63,705 nt of DNA, filler included, from Octopus bimaculoides (GCF_001194135.2; 5 parts of 3 records of this genome joined end to end with filler, not necessarily neighbours in it), one strand, 5' to 3'; counted from the first letter of the whole stretch, positions 13,672 through 25,480 are shown. The notes: generated by a model not told the origin, from the letters alone. Numbers and translations: made by a program.

Positions 13672-13998
13672 TTGGGTTGTCACTTAATTTCGTTCATCTG
13701 TCTTCCAATTTTATTTGAATTAAGATAAAAAATATCTTTATCGTCGCGTTTTATGGTTTTTTTAAAGCACTTTCTTGCGTTTCAGAAATTTCAATAAAAT
13801 TTGCCTTTTTCAGTCATACAACGATGAAGTTTCAAGTATAAGAAAAAAAAAATGAATATTTTCGACACTTATTTCTCTTCGCTTTCATCCAATGTTCTAA
13901 ATCTGCTACAACGACTCGAGATATTCGTGCAGTGCACAGAAAAGGTGGAATTACTGAAAGAACTGCACAGGAATGTTTTCACGCCTCGAAGAGGGAAA
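13672..13998 (+). mobile_element. Mariner 5' fragment (second family)
   Basis: TTGGGTTG TIR-like start, then MKFQV..KNEYFRHLFLFAFIQCSKSATTTRDIRAVHRKGGITERTAQECF (mariner N-terminal HTH). Truncated by a (TA)/(TATG) microsatellite. Confidence 0.75.
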
Positions 13999-14311
13999 AT
14001 GTATATATAAATATATGTGTGTGTATGTGTATGTATGTATGTATGTATGTATGTATGTATGTATATATATATGTATATATATGTATATATATGTATATAT
14101 ATGTGTGTATATATATATATATATNNNNNNNNNNNNNNNNNNNNNNNNNNNNNNNNNNNNNNNNNNNNTTAATTAATTAANNNNNNNNNNNNNNNNNNNN
14201 NNNNNNNNNNNNNNNNNNNNNNNNGCCGCTGCGACTTGTGGTGTTGCAAACAGTTTTCAGGAAGATTGCAACTTAATAGAGTTGAAATATTTCTGCAGTT
14301 ATTAATATAAC

Positions 14312-14631
14312 GTGGAGGCGCAATGGCCCAGTGGTTAGGGCAGCAACGGACTCGCGGTCGGAGGATCGCGGTTTCGATTCCCAGACCTGGCGTTGTGTGT
14401 GTTTATTGAGCGAAAACGCCTAACGCTCCACGAAGTTCCGGCAGGGGGTGATGGTGACCCCTGTTGTACTATTTCGCCCCAACTTTCACTCTTTCTTCCT
14501 ATTTCTTGAGTAACGCTGCGATGGACTGGCGTCTCGTCCGACTGGGAAGGGAGAACACATACACCATAAAAACCGGGAAACCTGGCCCATGAGCTCGGCT
14601 AGGCTTTAAAAGGGCACATAAAAAAAATAAA
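14312..14631 (+). mobile_element. tRNA-derived SINE (head type B, tail type X) with 12-bp TSD
   Basis: Head GTGGAGGCGCAATGGCCCAGTGGTTAGGGCAGC...GGTTTCGATTCCC carries A/B boxes. A-rich tail. TSD TATTAATATAAC at 14300-14311 and 14632-14643. Confidence 0.9.
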
Positions 14632-15029
14632 TATTAATATAACATACATAATACTACGATAGTTGACTGAAAAGATTGAAACGTCTCACTCCGCTATGTC
14701 GTCTTTAGATTCAGCTGTTAAAGGAAAAGAAAACCAAATAAAAAAACTTTTACCCTGTGCTTAGACTAACAGCACCTAAAAAAATGTATTGGGGCGTTGG
14801 TAGAATCATTAGAGCGTTGGACAAAATGCTTTGCAGTTTTTCTCTCTGCCCGTTATATTCATGACTAAATGCCACCTCGGCGAACCTAAGTCTTGTTTTT
14901 AAACAATCATCTTACCACCTATTTTTAGCGACAGTAAGATCTTCGCGTCTCTTGCTCGGTCCTAGGGTTGATATAATCGATTTTCTCTAACATTTCCGAC
15001 CGTGTGTCAAAATTTGGAACGATCACAAT

Positions 15030-15049
15030 CACCTCCACCACCATCATCC

Positions 15050-15104
<55 letters not shown>

Positions 15105-15115
15105 TATTATTATTG

Positions 15116-15152
<37 letters not shown>
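15030..15152. repeat. (CAT)n/(TAT)n microsatellite, serving as the (TAA)n tail of the adjacent minus-strand retroposon
   Basis: Direct reading. Confidence 0.9.
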
Positions 15153-15153
<1 letters not shown>

Positions 15154-15545
15154 GAGTGAGAGAGCAGTGCACGCCATCAAAGTGACACTGGGGTATAAAT
15201 ATACAAAACCCAATATACCCATCATGGCTATTAACTAGTATGGCAAGGGTACACCGGGCATATGCATCGCAACCATGTGTGCGTGACATGGTGATCTCAT
15301 ATCAAGATAAACAGCACATGACCTTGCAGGTGGGGCCCAGTTAGAATTTTCCTCAACGCGAGTAACCCATTCTGTTCAAAAGGTCCCTGAATAAGGGCTG
15401 CTTAAAGATGTTGAACAAAACACCTATGTTTCCAAACCTCAAAGAATTTCTCTCAACACACGGCTATGATACTGCCCCGCTACTCCTGCTCGTGATCAGG
15501 GATGTACATATCATCAACCACTAATGAACCTGCTCAATTGGCGAC
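15153..15545 (-). mobile_element. Retroposon with (TAA)n tail; partial inverted copy of 28580-29157
   Basis: The reverse complement aligns by eye with 28760-29150 (e.g. GAGAGAGCAGTGCACGCCATCAAAGTGACACTGGGG; GTGGGGCCCAGTTAGAATTTT). Confidence 0.85.
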
Positions 15546-15629
15546 CGAATCACCGGGTCTGCGGGAACACCAAGGAAGTATCTCGTTTCAGTTTCCCTTC
15601 ATTCTCTTTCTATCAATATACCAGCTCTG

Positions 15630-15995
15630 AAAGTGAGGTGCATAAATGTACATGGCCAGGGTCACACTGAAAGCAGGTCACTCGCGCATTGGTCTCTCTC
15701 AGTAGCTTTCAATGGGTAGTCACCTGTGAAACCACGTTTCTTGAATCACACACCTATAGCACCCATTTTAGCGACTTTAAGTTCTTCACATCCCTTACTC
15801 GATCAAGAATGGCGGGCTGGGTGATACTGTTTTGGAAAGGTCTGGGCCTTGAGATATGGTGACTCTTCCTGGTGGCTTTGTACGTGAGCTATAACGGTGA
15901 TGCTTTAAACTAATTACCGTGTATGCTCCGACTGGGACGGAGCGGCTAGATTCTTTCACGCATCCAGATTGACACCAGATGCTCACAGCCCTCTA
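15630..15995 (+). mobile_element. Tx1/L1-clade LINE ORF2 APE endonuclease fragment
   Basis: Decayed translation: RCINVHG ... VVTCET ... GWVILFWKGLGLEI ... SYNGDAFKLITVYAPTGTERLDSF. These are the N-terminal APE motifs of L1/Tx1 elements. Confidence 0.7.
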
Positions 15996-17551
15996 CTAGT
16001 TGGGCTGTACAGTTGCTGGATTCTCCTCCATAGAGTTTATAGAGAATTAGTGGTGAATAAGAGCGACTTCTGGTATATTTTTTAATATTTACGAGGGACA
16101 GCTAAAGAGACGTACACATATATTATATGTACTTTCTTTCGATAACTTGGCTTCGAGTTTTGATATTGCTTGCACTGGATTGACAACCGGCAATGTCTCT
16201 TGAATCATCAGCAGAAAGAGGTTACTGAAATATGTAATACTTAGGTACTTGAATCGGTTTAATTTATTATTCTTTCATCAGAATCTATACATTTGTGCTA
16301 ATATTTAGATATCATTGCATTTTATTGTGTTATCTAATCAGCCACTACTCTGCTGGCTATTGTAACAGGGTGTATGACACTAGGAAATGTGAAACCAAGA
16401 GAATTCGGGAGTCAGAACAAAAATTTGATTCAAATGGAGTTGAAATCTCGCTATCATTTTTGATAATCGAAAATATAAGATTTATCAAAAAAAAAAAGGA
16501 TAAAAAAATAGAATATAATAAATATAATAAATATAATAAATTCACGTTTTACAAAATCGATCTATTCTGAAAGAAATTATAAAAAAAAATATGCATGAAC
16601 TTTTAGAAGTTCAACATCAGATTTAACTGGTTTATTTGTTGTACGAATTTTAACAAAATAATCCTTGTCACTCAAGTCACTTGTGAGCAGTTATTATCTT
16701 GTCGAAAATTATCGAAATAAATATTAATGAGAACATAGATTTTTTGACCTACTAAGTAAAAGAAAAGAGTCATTCATTATTTCGGCACAAACATGAAAAT
16801 GGTTGACTGGCTGACAAAATTCCTAGACAGACATAAATCTTCAACGATTCATTTATTCATTTATTTCTATTATTATTATTTTTTTCTATTTCTTTTTTTC
16901 ATTTTATAAATAAATATCACCTGACAACTTACTTGCCCCAAACCTCAAATGAACATTTTCTGTAATAACAGAAAAGTATCACACTAAAATTATCGATTAT
17001 TTTCTCTATTGCTGTCTCAGTCTCTCTCATTTTTTTTTATATCTCATTCACTCAGCTAACTTCTTTATAAAGTAATTCTAATCAATGTAAGTTTCTTAAC
17101 TTTTTTTCTATGATGTGATGGCTGTATATGTGTATATGAGTGGCTTTTTGAACTGCCTCAGGTTTTCCACTTAAGACAATTGGAAAAAGATATTTTCACT
17201 CATATACTATTCATTAATATAGCGCCATAACACTATCTTCGATGTTTTGAAATTACCAGACTGTTAATCTATTCATTAACTGCAATAATCCACCTACATC
17301 AATGGCGATTCAAAAATAGAGGACATAGTAGTTATTTTCGAAAGCAAAAACTTTGTTTTTAATCTCTTGATATCCTCCTAGAATCTCTGTTGTTCTTGTT
17401 ATTCTATTAGTCAAAAGCAGTGAAACAACTCCACTAATTTCTATCAAACTCTCGAAGATCGATGCAAGGAAAACCGTAGAAGGAATTTCAGAGGTCTTCA
17501 CTTTTCGGGAGAAATGATAGTTATCTATACTATAAAAGAAATCTATACATA

Positions 17552-17965
17552 GGCGCAGGAGTGGCTGTGTGGTAAGTAGCTTGCTTACCAACCACATGGT
17601 TCCAGGTTCAGTCCCACTGCGTGGCACCTTGGGCAAGTGTCTTCTACTATAGCCTCGGGCCGACCAAAGCCTTGTGAGTGGATTTGGTGGACGGAAACTG
17701 AAAGAAGCCCGTCGTATATATGTATAAATATATATGTATGTGTGTGTATATGTTTGTGTGTCTGTGTTTGTCACCCAGCATCGCTTGACAACCGATGGTG
17801 GTGTGTTTACGTCCCCGTAACTTAACGGTTCGGCAAAAGGGATCCGATAGAATAAGTACTAGGCTTATAAAGAATAAGTCCCGGGGTCGATTTGCTCGAC
17901 TAAAGGTGGTGCTCCAGCATGGCCGCAGTCAAATGACTGAAACAAGTAAAAGAGTTAAAGAGTAA
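17552..17965 (+). mobile_element. tRNA-derived SINE family A, full length (octopus OK/OR-like, CORE-like CCTTGGGCAAG motif)
   Basis: GGCGCAGGAGTGGCTGTGTGGTAAG...GGTTCAGTCCCAC head, internal (TA/TG) linker, 3' ...GACTGAAACAAGTAAAAGAG tail. Many related copies in the window. Confidence 0.9.
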
Positions 17966-18449
17966 TGGTGTTTTGGGGGATTAGAGACAGTACGGAAGAT
18001 GAGTGGAGAAGAAACAAAAGCATTGCGTGGGACGACATAATTAATTGAAGAGTTCAGCAGTGAACATTGTAGCATCAATATAAGAGGCAAAGAAACGAAA
18101 TAGCAGCACGTGTATGAGAAAGTGTTTGCTGTGTGCTGATGAATGAATATCTGCCACTCAATCTCAAAGGCCCTTTAGGATGTTGACTATGTTGTGAGTC
18201 CGTATGGCTTTGTATGTTTCAGCATCAACGTTCTGGATTTCAGTGGCGGACTGGGTCTAAAAATATTGGTTGCCCGCAACTGCAAGGGGGCCTATCCGCA
18301 ACTACAATGCTATCATTTATTTATTTGTTTATTTATTTATTTATTTTGTTAAAAGTATTCTTTGCAACTGTCTACAAACACAGCCAGGCTGAAATAATTA
18401 ATGCATTCTTCCATTCTGTTAGTTAAAACGAAAATGCATTGGTTCCGCA

Positions 18450-19400
18450 AATGATGACTTTGAAGCTGTTAATATTAATTTTAAATATCTGTATGAAATA
18501 CAACGATGGCGGGCAGGAAATTTCAGAGGATTACAGTTCTGGAAAAGGAGATATAGATGAAGTGATTAGTGTAGGAGCTAATAAGTTAGAAACAGTAAGA
18601 AAGAAGGCAGAAGCAAACAGGACAGGTTGATTAGGTGGCAAAAATATGCAGCTGGAGAGTTCAGATATATAGATACCACTGTAGCAAGGAAGAAGAAGCA
18701 CAGAGATGAGATAACAGTATGCCTTTGAGCAAATAGCTGAAGTATGATTGTGATTGAAACTTTTCCGACTAACCACATGGCTTTATTGCAGATGAAGTCT
18801 TTCGGATATAACAGCAGTATTCTCCAGGTTATGGAATTAATAACTGACCTACTTTAAAGTATTTCGTGATAGTCCGAAAGAGAAATCCTAGGTTTTGTGA
18901 TACAATTTTGACAAAGTGTAGAATTGCTGTGAGAGATTATACAAGATCGTGTGACCTTGCGCTAGTAGCGATTTTGAAGTAATTAACTATGTAGTTGATA
19001 ACTAGAGAGGGTTAGGTAATATACTGTCTCCAAGATATATGTAATGATTGAGTTTCCTCTTAGATATGTGTAGTGATTGCGTTTTTGTTGAGTTGCTGAA
19101 AGATATCAGAACTCCATGTTTCCATTGAAGAACGGTTTCAAGATGTACCAGTTCATGGAGTCTGTGCATGCTTGGTAGGAGGTGTGGAGATTACGTTAAG
19201 ATAGCGCCTGTTTGTAGAAGGTCAAGAAAGAATGAATAGGAGTATTAACTACATAGAAGCGTTTGTCGATAGAAGTGGAAACCAGCAGGTCATTCATGTG
19301 CAGAAAATATAAACATTATGGTAAGCGTTATAGAAATATGAGTTACACCAAAGTTTATTGCATGGAGGTGGAAAAGATCCCCATCGGTACACGGTGCGGT
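18450..19400 (-). mobile_element. Jockey/L2/CR1-group LINE, 3' part of RT ORF (decayed)
   Basis: Minus-strand translation: HMNDLLVSTS ... FSNSTKTQSLHISKR ... NLGFLFRTITKYFKVGQLL ... EYCCYI ... SELSS ... LWN.LP-like ... QIFKININ. Confidence 0.7.
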
Positions 19401-19615
19401 CTGCTAGTTAATTATCCAAAAGCAACATATTTTCATGCTTCAAAATACAGCAATCAAATGTACACAAAGAACAAGTTTCTAGCACAAACACTCACACAGA
19501 AAATTCATCAAACACACACATACAACTAACCTTGTGTGTAAGCACAAAGATACAGCGTAAACACTAATAGAAGAAGAAATCAAATTATTTACAAACGAGT
19601 GTAGGTCTTTGTGAT

Positions 19616-19885
19616 GTTTGTTGTTGTTGTTGTTGGCACTCCGTCGCTTACGACGTCGAGGGTTCCAGTTGATCCGATCAACGGAACAGCCTGCTCGTGA
19701 AATTAACGTGCAAGTGGCTGAGCACTCCACAGACACGTGTACCCTTAACGTAGTTCTCGGGGATATTCAGCGTGACACAGTGTGACAAGGCTGACCCTTT
19801 GAATTACAGGCACAACAGAAACAGTAAGTAAGAGTGAGAGAAAGTTGTGGTGAAAGAGTACAGCAGGGTCCACCATCATCCCCTG
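19616..19885 (-). mobile_element. 5'-truncated tRNA-SINE (B body, tail type Y) with (CAA)n tail
   Basis: Reverse complement of 35450-35712. (GTT)n at 19616-19634. Confidence 0.9.
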
Positions 19886-19906
19886 CCAAAAGCAACATAT
19901 TTTTTT

Positions 19907-20232
19907 AAGGAGCACTCCGTCGGTTACGACGGCGAGGGTCCCAGCTGATATGATCAACGGAACAGCATGCTCGTAAAATTAACGTGCAAGTGGCTGAGCA
20001 CTCCACAGACACGTGTACCCCCAACGTAGTTGTCAGGGAGACTCAGCGCGACACATAGGGTGACAAGGCGGCCCTTTGAAATACAGGTACTACTAAATTT
20101 TGCCAGCTGAGTGGACTGGAGCAACGTGGAATAAAGTGTCTTGCTCAAGGACACAAAGCGTCGCCGGGAATTGAACTCACGACATTACGATCTTGAGCCG
20201 AATGCCCTAACCACTAAGCCACGCGCCTTCAC
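19907..20232 (-). mobile_element. tRNA-derived SINE (head type C, tail type Y)
   Basis: Minus-strand head GTGAAGGCGCGTGGCTTAGTGGTTAGGGCATTCGG...GTGAGTTCAATTCCCGG, then TGTGTCCTTGAGCAAGACACTT. The 3' half is shared with 19616-19800. Flanked by the repeat CCAAAAGCARCATATTTT. Confidence 0.9.
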
Positions 20233-20760
20233 TATCCAAAAGCAGCATATTTTCATGCTTCAAAATACAGCAATCAAATGTACACAAAGAACAAGTTTCT
20301 AGCACAAACATTCACAGAAAATTCATCAAACACACACATACAACTAACCCTGTATATAAGCACAAAGATACAGCGTAAACACTAATGGAAGAAGAAATCA
20401 AACTTATTTACAAACGTGTGTAGGTCTTTGTGATACAGAGAGGGAAACGGAATGATAGAGTCAGAGGAAATATTCATACCTGAATGCTTATCAATTTTCC
20501 AGTCAAATGATTCACATCGTCGAGCAATAAACTAGCCAATAAATAATAAGTAGTTTCCTTTGGCCTTCAAACAGTAATTAATCACCAAATCTGCTGGGGA
20601 AACTAGAAAAATTATTTATCTATCTAAATGTATATAAAAAAATGTGTGTTTGTGTAGTGTATTTGAATGTGTGTTTATACATACACGCATTTACATATAT
20701 TACATATATACATATGTATAACTGTATAAGCATGTGTATGCGTGCATATAATCAAATAAA

Positions 20761-20804
<44 letters not shown>

Positions 20805-21279
20805 NNNNNNNNNNNNNNNNNNNNNNNNNNNNNNNNNNNNNNNNNNNNNNNNNNNNNNNNNNNNNNNNNNNNNNNNNNNNNNNNNNNNNNNNNNNNNNNN
20901 NNNNNNNNNNNNNNNNNNNNNNNNNNNNNNNNNNNNNNNNNNNNNNNNNNNNNNNNNNNNNNNNNNNNNNNNNNNNNNNNNNNNNNNNNNNNNNNNNNNN
21001 NNNNNNNNNNNNNNNNNNNNNNNNNNNNNNNNNNNNNNNNNNNNNNNNNNNNNNNNNNNNNNNNNNNNNNNNNNNNNNNNNNNNNNNNNNNNNNNNNNNN
21101 NNNNNNNNNNNNNNNNNNNNNNNNNNNNNNNNNNNNNNNNNNNNNNNNNNNNNNNNNNNNNNNNNNNNNNNNNNNNNNNNNNNNNNNNNNNNNNNNNNNN
21201 NNNNNNNNNNNNNNNNNNNNNNNNNNNNNNNNNNNNNNNNNNNNNNTATATTATGATTGACCGTTGACTGAACACTATT

Positions 21280-21445
21280 CAATTTTTTTTCTCCGTGTTT
21301 TTCTCCTTGTCTCCGTATTCTTTTTGTTGAAGAGCGTAGCTCGAAACGTCAAAGACTTTCCGTATTCCCGAGCGTCATACTAATATATACTTTTGTTATT
21401 TACACCACCTGTCCTCGTCTGTTGTTATTATTTGTATATTCTCCC
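21280..21445 (+). mobile_element. ~170-200 bp PLE-like mini-element carrying a hammerhead motif
   Basis: Homologous to 45130-45355 (+), 60310-60505 (-) and 61351-61545 (-). All contain TGAAGAGC-GTA(G)-GCTCGAAACGT and abut (TA)n. Confidence 0.7.
21319..21355 (+). ncRNA. Minimal type I hammerhead-like motif (variant core)
   Basis: TCTTT|TTGTTGA|A|GAGC-GTA-GCTC|GAA|ACGT|C|AAAGA: 5-bp stem I, 4-bp stem II, palindromic stem III, GUC triplet. The core deviates from CUGAUGA at positions 3 and 6. Confidence 0.65.
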
Positions 21446-21451
21446 ATATAT

Positions 21452-21618
21452 ATACGACGGGCTTTTTTCAGTTTCTGTCTACCAAATTCACTCACAAGGC
21501 TTTGGTCGGCCCGAGGCTATAGTAGAAGACACTTGCCCGAGATGCCACGCATTAGGACTCAACCCGGAATCATGTGGTTGGTAAGCAAGCTACTTACCAC
21601 ACAGCCACTCCTGCACCT
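21452..21618 (-). mobile_element. SINE family A, 5' half
   Basis: Reverse complement of 17552-17712. Confidence 0.9.
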
Positions 21619-21629
21619 AAGTGTGAGAC

Positions 21630-21730
21630 GCTTACAGCACATGGGTTTCCCATCTAAGTACTCACTAGGCTCGACGCTGCTTAACTTCTTCGATCGGACG
21701 AGAACCGGTGCTTTCAACGTGATATACAGG
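21630..21730 (-). pseudogene. 5S rRNA pseudogene / 5S-derived sequence with an internal deletion
   Basis: Minus strand reads TATATCACGTTGAAAGCACCGGTTCTCGTCCGATCGAAGAAGTTAAGCAGCGTCGAGCCTAGTGAGTACTTAGATGGG[~12 nt missing]AAACCCATGTGCTGTAAGC, collinear with invertebrate 5S rRNA including box A and box C. Confidence 0.85.
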
Positions 21731-21734
21731 GTGA

Positions 21735-21736
21735 GG

Positions 21737-21770
<34 letters not shown>

Positions 21771-21898
21771 GAGAGTGAGAGAGAGAGTGAGAGAGAGAGA
21801 GTGAGAGAGAGAGAGAGTGAGAGAGAGTGAGAGAGAGAGAGAGTGAGGGAGAGAGTGAGGGAGAGAGTGAGAGAGAGTGAAAGAGAGAGAGAGAGAGA
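21735..21898. repeat. (GA)n/(GAGT) microsatellite
   Basis: Direct reading. Confidence 0.9.
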
Positions 21899-22584
21899 TG
21901 TTGTGTCTGAGTGAACAATATATGTATTAGAGAACATTTGTTCATTCGAAATTGTGATTTTAGTGATGTATGCATACATATCTACATACATGTCTACATA
22001 CAGAGAGACAGTGTTAGTGTGCGAATAATGTGTATATATAAATGCATGTGCGTGTATGTATATATGCATACATATACACGTATGCATATGTGTTTGCGCG
22101 CTTGTGTATGTGTATGTATGTGTTTGTATTTGCGTGCGCGAGAGAGTTATGAATTCGCTCCAAGAACGATTAGATCAACGGTGTTAATATTCCATTTAAA
22201 CAGTTATTAGTCAATAGGATAAAAAAAACTATACAGATAAACAGCGACATTGAAAGGATGGCAAAGGTCGATCGTCCGGGGACGCAAAGTAAGTCTTGAC
22301 GTAGTAGTTAGTGTGGGTTTCGTGTGGATACAATATAGATGGCAAAAAGGGATGAGACGAGGAAAACAAAAGTGCGAGTTAAGTCTAAAATAGTAAATAG
22401 GACACCTCGCTCTAAGGAGTAAGAGCCACTGGAGCAACTGTAATAAGACAGAGAGAAGGTATTACATTTATGCACACGCACATACCTATACATATATATG
22501 TATATATTTATATATATATATAATAAAATGAGACAAGAAAGCCAAGGCAGTGTGAAATTTCTAAGAAATTTATAAAGAGAGGGG

Positions 22585-22637
22585 TAGTGTTACAGCTGTT
22601 TCAAGGATATGAGGGATATCCCTTCATCAGAGACAAT
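22585..22637 (-). ncRNA. Type I hammerhead ribozyme motif with intact core
   Basis: Minus strand: TGTCT|CTGATGA|AGGGATAT-CCCTC-ATATCCTT|GAA|ACAGCTGT|A|ACAC. It has an 8-bp stem II, palindromic stem III and a GUA triplet; stem I has one mismatch. Confidence 0.8.
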
Positions 22638-22847
22638 ATCACTGAGTCAATATTTGGTATAACATTTTGGTAAATATCCAGACAAAGTGATTTCATGTTT
22701 ACAAATTCTAACTTAGCGTTCTAACCTGAATAGATTCGGTGACAGTAAAACAAACGCCCGGCATTTCGGTTGGGAATTCATAATCCGAATTTTTTAATTA
22801 CGAGGTGACACATTATTTCCCCAATAAAATAAGAAGTGGTATTCCGT

Positions 22848-23984
22848 CAGTTAATATTGATTTTTCTTTTCACCGTTGTTACAATCATCTGAAATGGAAC
22901 TGTCAAAGAGCGATATTTGAGCAATTTTGCTATTCAACTTCAAAAAGGGACGTAAAGCAGCTGAAACTGCTCGCGATATCAACGAAACGTTTGGTCAGGA
23001 AATGACCAGTGAGTGGTCAGCTCGAAAATGGTTTAAACGATTTCGCAGTGGAGACTTGAGCCTTGAATATCGTTAGCATAGTGGACGCCTATCTGTCATC
23101 GATGACGGTTAATTAAAACCGTCATTGAGAAAGATCCACGTAAGAACCACTCGAGAACTGGCAAAAGAACTTCAAGTTAGCCAGAAAACTGCCTGCAACC
23201 ATTTGCATGCGATCTGAAAATCGAAAAAGCTCGACAAATGGGCGCCACACGATTTGAATGAAAATCAGAAAATGTACAGATATGAAATTTGCTCGTTGCT
23301 TCTTCCCCGTAACCAGACCGATCCATTTCTCGACCGTATTGTAACTTACGATGAAAATTGTATTGTGTACTATAATAAAAAAAAACGTTCTTCGCAATGG
23401 TTGGACCAAAATGAAGCACCGAAAACCTTCCCTAAACCCGAGCTCTTCAGAAAGAAGGTTATGGTAACTATTTGGTGTACTGTTGGACTCATCCACTATA
23501 ACTTCTTAAAACCCGGAAAAACCATTACTGCAGAAACATATTGCCATGAAATTGCCAAAATGAACGAAAAACTGCTACTCCTCCGTCCCAGACTGGTCAT
23601 CAGAAGAGGGTAAATCATTCTTCATGACAAGCTCGACCACACGTTTCACTAATGACGCTCCAGAAGTTGAAGGAACTTGGCTACGAAGTTCTTCCCCACC
23701 CAGCTTATTCCCCAGACCTTTCTCCTGCCGACTGCCACTTTTTCAAGCACCCTGATGGTTTCCTGTGAGAGAAGGAGTTCAAAAATCAAACCAATTCTGA
23801 AAGTGCGTTCAAAGAGTTCATCAGCTCCAGAACTCCAGATTTTTATGTTACCGGAATTAACAAACTTGTAACTCGTTGGCAAAAATGTATTGATTGTAAT
23901 GATACTTACTTTGATGAATAAAATTTTCACCTTGTTGAAATATATTGCAATGAATTTCATGTTTCAAAACGTTACTCAGCCTGA
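22848..23984 (+). mobile_element. Mariner copy 2 (same family as copy 1; 5' TIR missing); transposase pseudogene 22894-23921
   Basis: ATG at 22894: MELSKSDI*AILLFNFKKGRKAAETARDIN ... IVTYDEN ... HDK ... [12 protein letters not shown] ... TYFDE*. The 3' TIR remnant ends in CAGCCTGA. Confidence 0.9.
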
Positions 23985-25344
23985 TTTAAATAGGAACCAA
24001 ATCTACTTCAAATCTGACACATAACTGTTAAGGAAACGAATACCACGTTGAGTAATAAAGTCCATTGTGAACTATATCTGAAAATAAGACAGGACAAACC
24101 TTATTCAAACACGTTTATTTTGTGGTACCCAGGACGAGGGAGAAATTGGGTTCATACAACATCAAAATATAAAGATTTTAAAAGAATTTATGCAAATGGT
24201 ATTTTCTTTTGCCTTTTACCGAGTTCCATCGCAAAAATGTCACTGTCTGAGGGTATAACGATATATGGAGTATAGCGGCCATTACTTTGTTTCTTTTCTT
24301 TATTAATATATTTGAGAAGATAGAAGTGATTGTAAGTATACTCAACCGTGTTCTGTCATCACACAGTAACAATTCATTGTAATTATCTCTCAGGGTGTTT
24401 TTTTTTAATTCTTTTCCTTACTGTATTTACATTATTTATTTATATTTGGAGGACATAATACCATTCATGTAATTTAAGTAATGTTGGTAGCAGCTGTTGT
24501 CATAAGACACACGTAGTTAAGAGTACTTTTTATTTTCCTTTCCGTTGCTTCTTAGTGCTTGTTACCATTAGACACAGTACACCCACGCATGACAAACCTG
24601 TAGACCCACGCACGACAAACATGCGACGCGTGCGCACGCATGCACGCGTTCACACATAGTGAAAGTTCATTCTTTGGAAAATTTGACAAGGAAAATTTTG
24701 TGAGCGAGGCAGATAAAAGCTTAATCTTTGAAAGCAGTGACTATGAAAGCAGTGACCAATGCAGAAATAGTTTAAAGGGTCAGAAAAATAATTAAGGTAG
24801 ACCTTGGTGCGACATATATTGCAGCAGGATTTTCTATCCTACTCCACCATTTAACCGCTTTTCTTCCTTTCATTACTGAACGGTACAGGGTAATAGCTTT
24901 GTAATCAATGGGTGTGTGCATTCAAAACCTGAATATCTATCGCACTCCATCCATCTGGTACTTGTATTCTGTTATGTCATATAGTTTGGCAACAGGTGAG
25001 TGACGCGCCAAGTTCCACATATCATTGTGCTTTACCCTTAGTCTTAAATATCAAATACGCACTTCTATATATCCTACTCTTTTCGACTGGTTAATATAAA
25101 TAGATTCATTCTGACTCTGTACCATCGTGAGCGAGTCTACTACTTTTGTCTTGAGCCGAGCAAAGCTTTGTGAATAGATTNNNNNNNNNNNNNNNNNNNN
25201 NNNNNNNNNNNNNNNNNNNNNNNNNNNNNNNNNNNNNNNNNNNNNNNNNNNNNNNNNNNNNNNNNNNNNNNTATATATATATGAACATACGTATGTAACG
25301 TACGTATGTATATATTTAAGTGTGTCAATATGTATGTATTCGCC

Positions 25345-25480
25345 CCTCACCGTCCCCACAGCGCATCATAACAAGTGGTGGTACACTTACGTCCCAGTCA
25401 CTGGGATCGATTCGTTCGACTAAAATTGTTCATGGTTGTACCCCAGCATGGCCGCAGTCTAATGACTGAAACAAGTAAAA
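25345..25480 (+). mobile_element. Degenerate SINE family A 3' part
   Basis: CCCCAGCATGGCCGCAGTCTAATGACTGAAACAAGTAAAA matches the 17915-17950 tail. Confidence 0.7.

Noticed and set aside
14125-14224. TTAATTAATTAA embedded in N runs (also at ~40551, 49390 and 61606)
   Set aside because: Each is a ~100-bp block of about 44 N + 12 bp + about 44 N, with stops in all frames. This is an artificial assembly linker, not biology.
14312-14390. tRNA-like sequences at SINE heads (also 17552, 20160, 30361, 35329)
   Set aside because: They have no complete cloverleaf and run directly into SINE bodies, so they are not tRNA genes.
19416-20434. Possible LTR pair or CRISPR-like repeats
   Set aside because: There are no TG...CA ends, PBS, or regular repeat-spacer array. 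The content between the repeats is two SINEs.
24222-24331. Segment ending in a strong GTAAGT donor and containing a TM-like stretch (IWSIAAITLFLFLLIYLRR)
   Set aside because: All three frames contain stops between the plausible acceptor and the donor.
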